DNA of 64,000 nucleotides from Candidatus Omnitrophota bacterium (GCA_020058085.1 JAGVER010000007.1:71969-135968); one strand, 5' to 3'. Positions 26,995-36,995 are shown, counted from the stretch's first letter. Program-made: numbers and translations. The notes: generated from the letters alone by a model not told the origin.

Positions 26995-27919
26995 GAACAG
27001 GAAATATATTATTGCTATTGATTTAGGTGGCACGAATTTAAAAGTAGCTCTTCTGGATTTACAATACAAAATAAAAGATAAAGAAATTATGGGTACCCGG
27101 AGCTTTTTGGAAAAAGATGAGCTTATATCTGGTATTATCCACGCTATAAACAGGGTGATCAAATATAACAATTTGGATAAAACCGATATCCTCGGGATCG
27201 GGTTAGGCCTTCCCGGGCCGGTAGATGCTAAATCCGGTATTGTGCATTTCTTTCCTAATATACCCGGGTGGAGAGAAGTCCCTTTGAGGGATATACTTAA
27301 AAATAGGATTGGTCTGCCTGTTTTTCTAGATAATGATGCTAAGATTATGGCTTTAGCTGAACATAGGTTAGGTTCAGCTAAAGGCCTTAACAATGTTCTA
27401 TGTATGACCTTAGGAACGGGAATCGGAGGCGGGATTATAATAGGCGGCAAACTTTACCGTGGTTTTAATAATGCTGCGGGAGAAGTTGGGCATTTACCTA
27501 TTAATGAACACGGGTCAAGTTGTAATTGTGGAAGGACAGGTTGCCTGGAGGCATATATAGGTAATAATAAAATTATAAAGGATGCGCGGAAAGAATTCAA
27601 ACGTAATATTTCCTTGGAAGAATTAAGTATGTTAGCTGCCAGGGGTAATAAGCGCGCGATAAAGATCTGGCGTAAGGTTGGAAGGCGGTTAGGTTTTGCT
27701 TTAGCCGGCGTAGTGAATCTCTTGAATTTAGATGCTATAGTTATGGGTGGCGGAGTTGCTAATGCCGGGAGAACATTATTTGATAGTACTAAGGAATCAC
27801 TAAAGAAACAAGCAATGAACGTTCATGGTTCTCATGTAAAGATTTTTAAGGCCAAGCTTGGTAATAATGCGGGTCTAATTGGAGCGGCAATCGTAGTCAA
27901 AGAAGGGTTGATTTCATAA
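26993..27919 (+). CDS. ROK-family sugar kinase (glucokinase-like)
   Basis: DLGGTNLKVALLD, GLGLPGPVD and the ROK zinc motif CNCGRTGCLEAY. No N-terminal HTH. Confidence 0.8.
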   Translation: MNRKYIIAIDLGGTNLKVALLDLQYKIKDKEIMGTRSFLEKDELISGIIHAINRVIKYNNLDKTDILGIGLGLPGPVDAKSGIVHFFPNIPGWREVPLRDILKNRIGLPVFLDNDAKIMALAEHRLGSAKGLNNVLCMTLGTGIGGGIIIGGKLYRGFNNAAGEVGHLPINEHGSSCNCGRTGCLEAYIGNNKIIKDARKEFKRNISLEELSMLAARGNKRAIKIWRKVGRRLGFALAGVVNLLNLDAIVMGGGVANAGRTLFDSTKESLKKQAMNVHGSHVKIFKAKLGNNAGLIGAAIVVKEGLIS

Positions 27920-27922
27920 ATA

Positions 27923-30124
27923 ATGACACAGTTTAAGTATAAATTTATTGTATTTTGTATTTCTTATCTTATTTTCTCTCCCATTTGTATTTATGCTGAA
28001 GATAGCAGTCTCAAAGGTATAGGTTCGCAGTCCATTGTTGTCAATGGAGATAATGTAGAGTATTTCACTGAAAATCAAGAAGTAACTGCTATGGGTAATG
28101 TAGAGATTATCTATGGCGGCTCCAGGCTTACCTGTAAAAAACTGGTTGTCAATACTAAGACCAAACAAGGGGTTGCTGAAGGCAATGCGCGGCTTGAGGA
28201 TGAGAATGGGGTTATTGAGGGTGAGAAGATAACTTATGATTTTCAGGCTAAAACCGGGACTATCATCGATGCGGGCTTTAGGGCCAACCCTTATTTTGGC
28301 AAGGCGAGAAAAGTCGAACGTTTAGGCGAATCAGAATTTATTGCTCGCTATGGCTATCTTACGACTTGCAACTTTAATAAACCGCATTATCGTATTGCCT
28401 CAAAGCAGATGAGTATCTTACCCGGAGATAAGATAGAGACGAAAAATGATACTTTATATTTAGGTGGTTTTCCATTATTTTACCTGCCCAGATTTAATCA
28501 TACCTTAGAAGATCCGATGATGCATGTAAGGTTAATGCCCGGTAATAGCAAAGACTGGGGGGTTTATATGTTAAGCGCTTGGAGGTATAGCCTTGCTGAT
28601 AATGTTAACGGCAGGGCATATCTTGATTACCGTAATAAGTTAGGTTGGGCTGAAGGATTTGGATTGAATTATTCAACAACCTATGTAGGTAAAGGAGACC
28701 TCAAGTTTTATTATACTGATGAAAAACCAACTGACCTTCCCAAGACTGCTACACGCACTAATTTTCAAAGATATCTTATGCGTTGGCGGCATAAATGGGC
28801 CGTAGATGATCAGACAAATTTTATTTCAGAGTTCTATAAAATCGGTGACCAGAAAAGAAAGTATTTTGATCTTGACAGTAATATACTGAAAGATTATTTC
28901 TTCCGTGAATACGAGAAGGAATTAGAGCCTTTGACCTATGCTCTATTCCATCATAGTTTTGGTTATTCCAGCATAGATGTATTAATGCAAAAACGCGTTA
29001 ATAACTGGTATAACCAGATGGATAAACTTCCGGAGATAAAATATACCTTGCCTAGCACTAGGTTAGGCGAGTCTCCGTTATATTTTGAGAATAATTCTGT
29101 CTTTACCAGCTTTAATATAAGTAATTCTGTTACTCCGGCTACCTTGACTGATGTATCGGTTACAAGGCTAGATATTATAAATAAAATTTCTATCCCGAGG
29201 AAAATAGCCTTTTTTGAATTTACTCCATTTGTCAAGAATCGTGAAATTATTTACAATAAGGATACCGACGATAAAGAGTTTCCGGTTAATACTGTTTTCT
29301 ACGCCGGAGCGGATTTAAGCACTAAATTCTATAGAGTTTTTAATGTTAAGACTAATCTTCTAGGCTTGGGCTTAAATGGTTTTAGGCATATAATTACACC
29401 TACTATAGGTTATTCTTATAATCATGCGCCTACAATTAAGAGTGTTCATTTAAGACAGATTGATACTACAGATGCAATCACAAGCAGTAATGCCGCAGCT
29501 TTAGCGATATCTAATAAGATTCAGGCTAAGCGTAATGGCGTAAGCGTTGATTTAGTGGATTTTAGGGTTACTAATACCTATAATTTTAAGCCTCAGGTTG
29601 ATACTAGCGGCAATAAGAGAGGTGGTAGCTTGTCGGATTTCTTGTTTAATCTTAAATTACTACCTTATTCATGGATGAGGGTGGAAGCAGATGCAACTTA
29701 TAAGCTTTCAGGTACATCTTCCGATGAGAATTATGACCGCTTCTCCATAGTTAACTACGATATAGATTTTGATTTTACGCCGACGCTCTCATTTGGATTA
29801 GGGCAGCGCTATGAAAGAAAAGGCAATAGCCAGATAACCGCAAGTTTAAATTGGCGGTTAAGCCCTAAGTGGAGATTCTCAATATATAATAGGTATAATA
29901 TTAAGCCCTATACAGACACAAACGGGGCATTCATCAAAAAAGGCTCATTAGAGCAGGAATACACAATTTCCAGGGATCTGCATTGTTGGGAAGTGGACTT
30001 AACTTTAAATACCAAGAGGACTAATGGTTCAGGAATATTTATTGTTTTTAGGCTTAAGGCTTTCCCTGAGTTGGAACTTAGTATGAATCAGTCTTATAAT
30101 GAGCCTAAATCCGGGGTACAGTAA
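27923..30124 (+). CDS. lptD: LPS-assembly outer membrane protein LptD
   Basis: Signal peptide, OstA-like N-domain (GDNVEYFTENQEVTAMGNVEI, GNARLEDENGVIEGEKITYD), YLTTCNFNKPHYRI and a long beta-rich C-terminal region. Confidence 0.8.
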   Translation: MTQFKYKFIVFCISYLIFSPICIYAEDSSLKGIGSQSIVVNGDNVEYFTENQEVTAMGNVEIIYGGSRLTCKKLVVNTKTKQGVAEGNARLEDENGVIEGEKITYDFQAKTGTIIDAGFRANPYFGKARKVERLGESEFIARYGYLTTCNFNKPHYRIASKQMSILPGDKIETKNDTLYLGGFPLFYLPRFNHTLEDPMMHVRLMPGNSKDWGVYMLSAWRYSLADNVNGRAYLDYRNKLGWAEGFGLNYSTTYVGKGDLKFYYTDEKPTDLPKTATRTNFQRYLMRWRHKWAVDDQTNFISEFYKIGDQKRKYFDLDSNILKDYFFREYEKELEPLTYALFHHSFGYSSIDVLMQKRVNNWYNQMDKLPEIKYTLPSTRLGESPLYFENNSVFTSFNISNSVTPATLTDVSVTRLDIINKISIPRKIAFFEFTPFVKNREIIYNKDTDDKEFPVNTVFYAGADLSTKFYRVFNVKTNLLGLGLNGFRHIITPTIGYSYNHAPTIKSVHLRQIDTTDAITSSNAAALAISNKIQAKRNGVSVDLVDFRVTNTYNFKPQVDTSGNKRGGSLSDFLFNLKLLPYSWMRVEADATYKLSGTSSDENYDRFSIVNYDIDFDFTPTLSFGLGQRYERKGNSQITASLNWRLSPKWRFSIYNRYNIKPYTDTNGAFIKKGSLEQEYTISRDLHCWEVDLTLNTKRTNGSGIFIVFRLKAFPELELSMNQSYNEPKSGVQ

Positions 30125-30128
30125 AATT

Positions 30129-31427
30129 ATGAAAGTCGCTATAGTAGGTTCAGGTTATGTGGGTTTAGTTACCGGTGCTTGTCTTGCTAAGCTGGGTAAT
30201 AAGGTTATTTGCGTTGATAATGACCTTAAGAAAATATCTGAATTAAGAAAAGGGGAAGTCCCCATATATGAGCCGGGATTACAGGAATTGATCAGAGATA
30301 ATGTGAAGGAGAAAAGGCTATCTTTTTCTACGAGTATTAAAGATGCGGTTAGGGCATCGGAGATAATTTTTATTGCCGTAGGAACTCCGGATTCAGGGAG
30401 TGGTGAGGCGGATCTTACGGGCATAGAACATGTAGCGGCTGACATAGCTGTCAATTTGAAGGAATACCGGCTTATCGTTGAGAAATCTACAGTTCCGGTT
30501 GAAACCGGAGAATGGGTTAAACGGACCGTAGCTACCTATATTAAGAACAAGGTTGCTTTTGATGTTGCTTCTAATCCGGAATTCTTAAGAGAAGGGTCAG
30601 CGATCAATGACTTCATGCATCCGGATAGGATTGTAATAGGGGTAGAATCTAAAAGAGCCAAAGAGTTATTGCTCCAGTTGTATAAGCCTTTAGATGTGCC
30701 CAAAGTAGTAACCAATATAAGGTCCGCTGAATTAATTAAGCATGCTTCCAACGCGTTTTTAGCGACTAAGATTTCTTTTATTAATGCTGTTTCTCGTGTA
30801 TGCGATATAGTGGGTGCGGATGTTTGTGAGGTTGCTCGCGGGATGGGTTTGGACAAGAGAATAGGCAGGGCTTTCCTAGATGCGGGTTTAGGCTATGGCG
30901 GGTCATGTTTTCCCAAAGATCTAGAAGCCTTTATTAGTATTGCTGATAGAAGAGGTTATGATTTTAGGCTGCTTAAAGAAGTAAAAAAGATAAATGATGG
31001 GCAGAAGAATTATATTATTCATAAGATTAAGAGTTCGCTTTGGATTATAAAAGGTAAAACTATAGGCGTATTGGGCCTAGCTTTCAAGCCGAATACTGAT
31101 GATATACGTAGCGCTCCGGCAATAGATTTAATCAGGGCTCTTCAAGGCGAAGGGGCAAAGATTAAGGCCTACGATCCTAAGGCAATGAAAAAGGCAAAGG
31201 CTGTGCTTAGTAAAGTTGAATATTGCCGCGATCCTTATGCGGTTTGTAAAGGGTCTGATTGTTTATTTATCGCTACAGAATGGGATGAATTTAAGAAATT
31301 AGATCTTCTGAAGATAAAAAAGATGCTTAAGAGGCCGCTTATTATTGACAGCCGTAATATTTATACATCTGAAGAGATGCGCAAGTTGGGTTTTAACTAT
31401 GTTAGCGTTGGCAGGAGAAGCGAATGA
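30129..31427 (+). CDS. ugd: UDP-glucose 6-dehydrogenase
   Basis: MKVAIVGSGYVGLVTGACLA and the catalytic GYGGSCFPKD. The start is moved to ATG 30129, 4 nt after the lptD stop. Confidence 0.85.
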   Translation: MKVAIVGSGYVGLVTGACLAKLGNKVICVDNDLKKISELRKGEVPIYEPGLQELIRDNVKEKRLSFSTSIKDAVRASEIIFIAVGTPDSGSGEADLTGIEHVAADIAVNLKEYRLIVEKSTVPVETGEWVKRTVATYIKNKVAFDVASNPEFLREGSAINDFMHPDRIVIGVESKRAKELLLQLYKPLDVPKVVTNIRSAELIKHASNAFLATKISFINAVSRVCDIVGADVCEVARGMGLDKRIGRAFLDAGLGYGGSCFPKDLEAFISIADRRGYDFRLLKEVKKINDGQKNYIIHKIKSSLWIIKGKTIGVLGLAFKPNTDDIRSAPAIDLIRALQGEGAKIKAYDPKAMKKAKAVLSKVEYCRDPYAVCKGSDCLFIATEWDEFKKLDLLKIKKMLKRPLIIDSRNIYTSEEMRKLGFNYVSVGRRSE

Positions 31428-34168
31428 TCATTGATTATTTAGATAAATTTGAGAGTAGGTTAAGAAAAAAGGAAATTAAGATTGCGGTGGTAGGTTTAGG
31501 CTATGTTGGTTTGCCTCTAGCCTTGGAGTTCTCGCGGAAAGGTTTTCTTGTCTTTGGTATAGAGATTGACAAGGATAGGCTGGCCCATCTTAAGAGGAAA
31601 GAAACATATATAACTGATATCAGTTCGCAAGAGTTAAAAGGCGCTTTAAAATCCGGAAAGTTTATTCCTTGCGGAGATTTTAAAGTATTGAGAGAGACGG
31701 ATGTAGTTATAGTCTGTGTTCCCACGCCTTTAAAAAGAAAAATCCATCCGGATATATCTTTTATCAAAGAAGCAATTAAATCTATTTCGAAGAATTTAAA
31801 GATAGGAAGCTTGGTTGTTTTGGAGAGTACTACTTATCCGGGGACTACTGATGAGGTTATCCTGCCTCTTTTGGAATCAGGGGGATTAAAGCACGGAAGA
31901 GATTTTTATCTCTGTTTTTCGCCGGAAAGAATCGACCCGGGGAATGCTAAATACCCTGTCTCTAAGATTCCTAAGATTATCGGTGGGGTAAATAGGGAGG
32001 CTGGTTTACTAGGCAAGGCAGTATATGAGATTATTGTGAATAAGGTGGTTATGGTTTCTTCTACCCGGGTCGCGGAGATAACTAAACTCCTGGAGAATAC
32101 ATTTCGTATTGTTAATATTGGTCTGATAGACGAGTTGGCAATGATGGCACATAAGATGAAGATAGATATCTGGGAGGTTGTTGATGCGGCAGCTACCAAG
32201 CCATTTGGTTTTATGCCTTTTTATCCCGGGCCAGGTGTGGGCGGACACTGTTTAGATAAAAAAGAAGTGGTTTTTGTAAAAGCCGCGGGTGTTTTAAAAT
32301 CAATGGAGATGCCAGATTTTATAGAATATATCCAAAATCAAAAAGATAGCGATGTTAAAGTGCTGGCATTCGATCCTCTTAGGAAAAGAAGTATTTTTAA
32401 TAAAGTTACCGCGGCTTCAGTCAGGCCCTATAACGGAGAGATGGTAGATATTATTACCGAAGATGGGCGGCATCTTAAGGTGACAGATTTACATCCAATG
32501 TTTATATATAACGGCCAATCCTGGAGTTTAAAATACGCCAGAGATTTAAGAAAGGGTGATTCACTTCCTGTTTGTTTAGAGTTGCCTAAACTTAGCAATC
32601 GGAAACATTCATTTGTTGAAATTAACATTGTTGAACAGGTAAGGCTTAAAGGAAAAGGCTTGGTAGATAAAATACGGGTTAAGCCGGTAGATTTTTCCTG
32701 GAAGGATTATGCTAAAGAAATAAAATCGGTTTTACGTAAAGTAAATAAAGGCAAGATACCGGATTCTTGTTGGGACTATTTATCTGAAAATGTTCTGCCG
32801 TTAAAGTATTTCTATGATTTAGAGAAAATGGTTAAAATCAACTATGGCAGGATTAAGCTTGTAAGCGGACGGGGGCCAAGCTACAGTGAAATGCCCGCAA
32901 AAATTGTGCTTAATAATGATTTTTGCCGGTTCATTGGTTATTATTTAAGCGAAGGCTGCTTTACAAAAGATAAGAGTGCTAGGATTAGGCTTACTTTTAA
33001 CCGCGGTGAAAGAGAGTATATTAATGATGTTATTAACATACTGAAAAAAATAGGTATAAAAAGTTCGATTTATGAATCAAAAATTTGTTATTCATCTTGT
33101 ATAAAGGTTTCATCCAATCTTTTCGGGTTTTTAATCCGTGATGTTTTATGCTGTGGCGTTGACTGTTACGATATGAATATACCGGAGCAGTTTTTCGTTT
33201 TAGATAAAGAAAAAAAGAAATCTCTTATGTCGGGAATTTTCCGCGGAGACGCTTGCGTTGAGCATTTCTTCGGTAAATGGCGTTATCGTAAGAACGAAGA
33301 TGAATATTTCCATAATGTAAACACCGCCAACATTGCTTATTTTACCTCAAGCAGAAAATTATTTCAGCAATTAATTCTTATGTTGCACGATTTCAGTATT
33401 GTTCCCACGTTTCATAAACGCGAATATATGCTTCGTATTTTTGGTTACGACCAGCTTTTGTTTTTTAAGGATTTACTTGGCGGAAAAAAAGGAATGATAA
33501 TTAAAAAGTATTTAGCTCTTAATAAAAATAGGTCTAAAAATAAAACTTTTCAGAGATTTGGAAAATTTGCTACTGTAAAAGTGAAATCTGTATTACCAAC
33601 AAAAGGGGACTGGGTTTATTCCATTGAAACAGAAAAACCGCACTCTTTTATTACTTCTTATGGTATTGTTGTTCATAATTGCATACCGAAAGACCCGCTA
33701 TATTTATATTGGAAGGCTAAGAAATTTGGATTCAAATCGCGATTTATTAAGCTTGCTTCGGAAGTGATATCATATATGCCTGAATATGTTGTCAGGCGTT
33801 TGGAAGAGGCGCTTAGATCCAAAGGGTTAGAATTAAGCGGCGCCAATATATTGCTTATAGGGCTTACTTATAAGAAAGATGTAAAAGATTTGAGAAAATC
33901 ACCATCCTTAGATATATTTGAGATTTTGAAAAAGGAGCGCGCGCGTGTATGCTACCATGATCCATTAATACCTTATCTTAAGTTTGCCGGGTTAAACTTT
34001 AAGTCTTTGCCCCTTACTCAAGTAAACCTAAATAAATTTGATTGTGTAGTTATCGCAACAGATCATTCCAAGCTGGATTATAAATTAATCTTAGAAAACG
34101 CAAAGATCATATTTGATACGCGCAATATATATAAAGGTAAGGTTGACAAAAAAGTTATAAGACTATGA
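31424..34168 (+). CDS. UDP-sugar 6-dehydrogenase (UDP-ManNAc/GlcNAc dehydrogenase-like) interrupted in frame by an intein
   Basis: The N-extein KIAVVGLGYVGLPLALEF... ends at FYPGPGVGGH and the C-extein resumes at CIPKDPLYL. The joined exteins give 437 aa with the GGHC-IPKDP catalytic motif. Confidence 0.85.
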   Translation: MIIDYLDKFESRLRKKEIKIAVVGLGYVGLPLALEFSRKGFLVFGIEIDKDRLAHLKRKETYITDISSQELKGALKSGKFIPCGDFKVLRETDVVIVCVPTPLKRKIHPDISFIKEAIKSISKNLKIGSLVVLESTTYPGTTDEVILPLLESGGLKHGRDFYLCFSPERIDPGNAKYPVSKIPKIIGGVNREAGLLGKAVYEIIVNKVVMVSSTRVAEITKLLENTFRIVNIGLIDELAMMAHKMKIDIWEVVDAAATKPFGFMPFYPGPGVGGHCLDKKEVVFVKAAGVLKSMEMPDFIEYIQNQKDSDVKVLAFDPLRKRSIFNKVTAASVRPYNGEMVDIITEDGRHLKVTDLHPMFIYNGQSWSLKYARDLRKGDSLPVCLELPKLSNRKHSFVEINIVEQVRLKGKGLVDKIRVKPVDFSWKDYAKEIKSVLRKVNKGKIPDSCWDYLSENVLPLKYFYDLEKMVKINYGRIKLVSGRGPSYSEMPAKIVLNNDFCRFIGYYLSEGCFTKDKSARIRLTFNRGEREYINDVINILKKIGIKSSIYESKICYSSCIKVSSNLFGFLIRDVLCCGVDCYDMNIPEQFFVLDKEKKKSLMSGIFRGDACVEHFFGKWRYRKNEDEYFHNVNTANIAYFTSSRKLFQQLILMLHDFSIVPTFHKREYMLRIFGYDQLLFFKDLLGGKKGMIIKKYLALNKNRSKNKTFQRFGKFATVKVKSVLPTKGDWVYSIETEKPHSFITSYGIVVHNCIPKDPLYLYWKAKKFGFKSRFIKLASEVISYMPEYVVRRLEEALRSKGLELSGANILLIGLTYKKDVKDLRKSPSLDIFEILKKERARVCYHDPLIPYLKFAGLNFKSLPLTQVNLNKFDCVVIATDHSKLDYKLILENAKIIFDTRNIYKGKVDKKVIRL
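32249..33679 (+). mobile_element. 477-aa intein with LAGLIDADG homing-endonuclease domain
   Basis: It starts with Cys (CLDKKEVVFV). Block B is LKVTDLHPMF. The LAGLIDADG motifs are FIGYYLSEGCF and LMSGIFRGDACV. It ends VVHN, followed by the +1 Cys of the extein. Confidence 0.85.
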
Positions 34169-35100
34169 GAAATAAAAAAATAGTAGTTATAACCGGAGGA
34201 GCAGGGTTTATCGGCGCGAATCTTTGCCAAAGATTGGTTAATGAAGATTATCATGTAATTTGTGTCGATAATTTTATGACCAGTAGCTTAAACAACGTAA
34301 AGGGTCTGATTAAGGATAAAAGATTCAAACTGATTGAGCACAATGTTTCAGAACATATTACCATTCGAGGAGAAGTTAATTATGTTTTACATTGCGCATC
34401 GTTGGCCTCTCCGGCAGATTATCTGAATTTTCCTATTCAAACACTTAAAGTCGGCTCGTTGGGCACGCATAATGCTCTCGGGCTGGCCAAGGATAAAAAA
34501 GCGGTCTTTTTGCTTTTTTCCACATCAGAGGTTTATGGTGATCCTATGGTTCATCCTCAAAAAGAGAGCTATTGGGGTAACGTGAATCCGGTAGGCGTAC
34601 GCGGTTGTTATGATGAGTCTAAACGCTTTGCGGAAGCTATTACTATGGCTTATCATCGAATGCATAAAATTGATACAAAGATTGTGCGTATTTTTAATAC
34701 CTATGGTCCGATGATGAGGGCGAATGACGGTAGAGTAGTCTCTAATTTTATAAATCAGGCTATAGCTAATAAGCCGTTAACTGTCTATGGATCAGGTAAT
34801 CAGACGAGAAGTTTTTGCTATATCGATGATTTAATAGAAGGTTTATACAGGTTGATGCGTTCATCAATAAATGATCCGGTTAATTTAGGTAACCCGGGAG
34901 AATTTACTGTTATGCAATTGGCTAAATTAGTATTGAAGTTGGCTAATTCAAAGAGCAGGATTGTGTTCAAGGCTTTACCGCAAGATGACCCCCGCCAGCG
35001 TAGGCCCGATATTTCCCATGCTAAAAAACTACTTAAGTGGAGCCCGAATATAGAATTAGAGGATGGGCTTAGCAGAACAATAGCTTGGTTTAAAAAATGA
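34165..35100 (+). CDS. UDP-glucuronate decarboxylase (UDP-xylose synthase)-like SDR
   Basis: TGGAGFIGANLCQRL, catalytic YDESKR and NTYGPMMRANDGRVVSNFI. It follows two UDP-sugar dehydrogenases. Confidence 0.8.
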   Translation: MRNKKIVVITGGAGFIGANLCQRLVNEDYHVICVDNFMTSSLNNVKGLIKDKRFKLIEHNVSEHITIRGEVNYVLHCASLASPADYLNFPIQTLKVGSLGTHNALGLAKDKKAVFLLFSTSEVYGDPMVHPQKESYWGNVNPVGVRGCYDESKRFAEAITMAYHRMHKIDTKIVRIFNTYGPMMRANDGRVVSNFINQAIANKPLTVYGSGNQTRSFCYIDDLIEGLYRLMRSSINDPVNLGNPGEFTVMQLAKLVLKLANSKSRIVFKALPQDDPRQRRPDISHAKKLLKWSPNIELEDGLSRTIAWFKK

Positions 35101-35165
35101 GCCCCCTTAAGCTTTGATTTAGCCCTAAAAGCTGGATCCTTGACCGAACGTTAGTGAGGTCAAGG
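35099..35165 (-). repeat. family A repeat unit, inverted orientation
   Basis: The reverse complement of 35099-35124 (GGCTAAATCAAAGCTTAAGGGGGCTC) resembles the CGCTAAACCAAAACAGAAGGTGCTC box. An adjacent CCTTGACC..GGTCAAGG palindrome lies at 35138-35165. Confidence 0.4.
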
Positions 35166-35178
35166 AGTAAAAAAATAC

Positions 35179-35207
35179 TTGACAAGCTAGCCAAACTAGT
35201 ATATATT
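35179..35207 (+). promoter_or_regulatory. near-consensus sigma70 promoter upstream of tRNA-Thr/rpmG
   Basis: TTGACA (35179-35184), a 17-nt spacer and TATATT (35202-35207). Confidence 0.45.
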
Positions 35208-35356
35208 CTATTGCTTACGTAAATCTCTGGAAATACAATACATTAATCGTAAGAAAAATTTATAATTGCTAAAAATTGCTTAATTATTCTTAGGCAATTC
35301 TTAGGGGAGATTTTTTTATTTTTGGAACTGTTCGCCGACGAGGCTTAAGTAAAAAT

Positions 35357-35429
35357 GCTGGAGTAGCTCAGTTGGCAGAGCACGTCCTTGGTAAGGACGG
35401 GGTCACGAGTTCAATTCTCGTCTCCAGCT
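35357..35429 (+). tRNA. tRNA-Thr (anticodon GGU)
   Basis: Acceptor GCTGGAG/CTCCAGC, D-arm AGCTCAGTTGGCAGAGC, anticodon loop CTTGGTAAG and T-arm GGTTCAATTC-like GAGTTCAATTCTC. Confidence 0.9.
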
Positions 35430-35449
35430 TAAGTTTGAGATAATAATAT

Positions 35450-35599
35450 ATGCGTGAAACAATTACATTAGAATGTACGGTTTGCAAAAATAGAAATTAC
35501 ACGACAAGCAAGAATAAAAAATTGCATCAAGATAGGCTTGAGTTAAGTAAGTTTTGCAGGTTCTGTCATAAGCATACCCCGCACAAGGAAATTAAGTGA
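35450..35599 (+). CDS. rpmG: 50S ribosomal protein L33
   Basis: Not in the ORF track (49 aa): [49 protein letters not shown], with CxxC...CxxC. Confidence 0.85.
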   Translation: MRETITLECTVCKNRNYTTSKNKKLHQDRLELSKFCRFCHKHTPHKEIK

Positions 35600-35726
35600 G
35601 GGCATAAGTTATGGAGTCTGCTTGCAGACGACATAACTTATATGCCCGAACTTATCCCGACGAATGTGTAAAAATTTTATTTTAAAATTTTTACACGTTT
35701 ATGAGCCGGGAAAAAATAGAATCATT

Positions 35727-35797
35727 AGGGGCGTCGGTTAATGGCAAACCAACGGTCTCCAAAACCGTGACTGCAGGTTCAAGTCCTGCCGCTCCTG
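35727..35797 (+). tRNA. tRNA-Trp (anticodon CCA)
   Basis: Acceptor AGGGGCG/CGCTCCT (one G-T pair), anticodon stem-loop ACGGTCTCCAAAACCGT and T-arm CAGGTTCAAGTCCTG. It occupies the usual position before secE. Confidence 0.85.
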
Positions 35798-35845
35798 TAG
35801 TCTTGGGAAAGCGTTAGCGGGAGCAAGAAGAGGATTTTTAACGGA

Positions 35846-36037
35846 ATGAACATAATTGCCAAGCCTCTAAACTTTCTAAGGGAAGTAAAGGCAGAATTAG
35901 GAAAAGTTGCCTGGAGTACGCGTCAGGAATTATTGGCTTCTACTATAGTCGTAATTGTTGTTACGGTAATCTTGGGATTTTTTATAGGGATAATTGACCT
36001 CATACTTTCTAAATTACTAACCTTATTATTTAAATAA
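35846..36037 (+). CDS. secE: preprotein translocase subunit SecE
   Basis: 63 aa with a single C-terminal TM helix, located between tRNA-Trp and nusG. Confidence 0.8.
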   Translation: MNIIAKPLNFLREVKAELGKVAWSTRQELLASTIVVIVVTVILGFFIGIIDLILSKLLTLLFK

Positions 36038-36564
36038 TGAAAAATTGGTACGTTGTTCATACTCAAACTGGTTTAGAGGATAAAGTTAAAAAGGCCTTAG
36101 AGAATAAGGTCTCTGTTAGCGGTATGCAAGAGCTTATCTCAAGCGTCGTTATTCCAACTGAACAGGTCTCAGAGGTTCGTTCAGGTAAAAAGAAAATCTC
36201 TCAGAGAAAATTCTTCCCGGGTTACCTATTAGTTGAAATGGAGCTGAATGAATCTACCTATATTTTTGTAAAAACTGCTCCTGGGGTTACCGGATTCATC
36301 GGTTTGGGCAAGAAACCTATGCCTCTCCCGCAGGAAGAAGTAGATAATATTTTGAGAAAGACTAAAGATACTCAAGTTAAGCCTAGCCCTAAGATTGTAT
36401 TTGAGAAAGGTGAGCAGGTCAGGGTTACAGACGGGCCATTCCAGAATTTTAACGGTACGATTGACGAGATACACCCTGAAAAGGGGAAAATTAAGGTTAG
36501 CGTTTCTATATTCGGACGGGCTACTCCCGTAGAATTAGAGTATTGGCAGGTGGAGAAGATATAA
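36037..36564 (+). CDS. nusG: transcription termination/antitermination factor NusG
   Basis: NGN domain [17 protein letters not shown] and KOW motif [18 protein letters not shown]. Confidence 0.95.
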   Translation: MKNWYVVHTQTGLEDKVKKALENKVSVSGMQELISSVVIPTEQVSEVRSGKKKISQRKFFPGYLLVEMELNESTYIFVKTAPGVTGFIGLGKKPMPLPQEEVDNILRKTKDTQVKPSPKIVFEKGEQVRVTDGPFQNFNGTIDEIHPEKGKIKVSVSIFGRATPVELEYWQVEKI

Positions 36565-36995
36565 TGGCGGTAAAAAAGGCAATTAAAGCGCAAATTAAAT
36601 TACATGTTCCGGGTGCACAGGCTAATCCTGCACCTCCAGTCGGACCTGCATTAGGCCAACACGGCGTAAATATTATGCAGTTTTGCAAACAATTCAATGA
36701 TCAGACAAAAGGCAATGAGGGATTAATACTGCCGGTAGTTATCAGTGTTTATGAGGATAGGACATTTACCTTTATTATTAAGAGCCCTCCTTCTTCGGTA
36801 TTGTTAAAGCGCGCGGCAAATTTGGCTAAGGCTTCCGGTATAAGCGGTAAAGAGATAATTGGGAAGGTTACCAAAAAACAGGTTGAAGAGATTGCCAAAA
36901 TAAAAATGTCAGATTTAAATACTTCAGATATGGATCAAGCGGTTAAGGTCATTACAGGTACTGCCCGTAGTATGGGTATTGTTGTAGAGGGTTAG
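36564..36995 (+). CDS. rplK: 50S ribosomal protein L11
   Basis: [24 protein letters not shown]. The start is moved to ATG 36564, overlapping the nusG stop (TAATG). Confidence 0.95.
   Translation: MAVKKAIKAQIKLHVPGAQANPAPPVGPALGQHGVNIMQFCKQFNDQTKGNEGLILPVVISVYEDRTFTFIIKSPPSSVLLKRAANLAKASGISGKEIIGKVTKKQVEEIAKIKMSDLNTSDMDQAVKVITGTARSMGIVVEG

Noticed and set aside
31424-34168. The 914-aa ORF as a dehydrogenase disrupted by an insertion sequence, or as a multidomain fusion.
   Set aside because: The insert is in frame, is bounded by Cys1 and His-Asn/Cys+1, and contains splicing blocks and LAGLIDADG motifs. It splits the enzyme exactly at GGH/C, which is the signature of an intein rather than an IS or a fusion.
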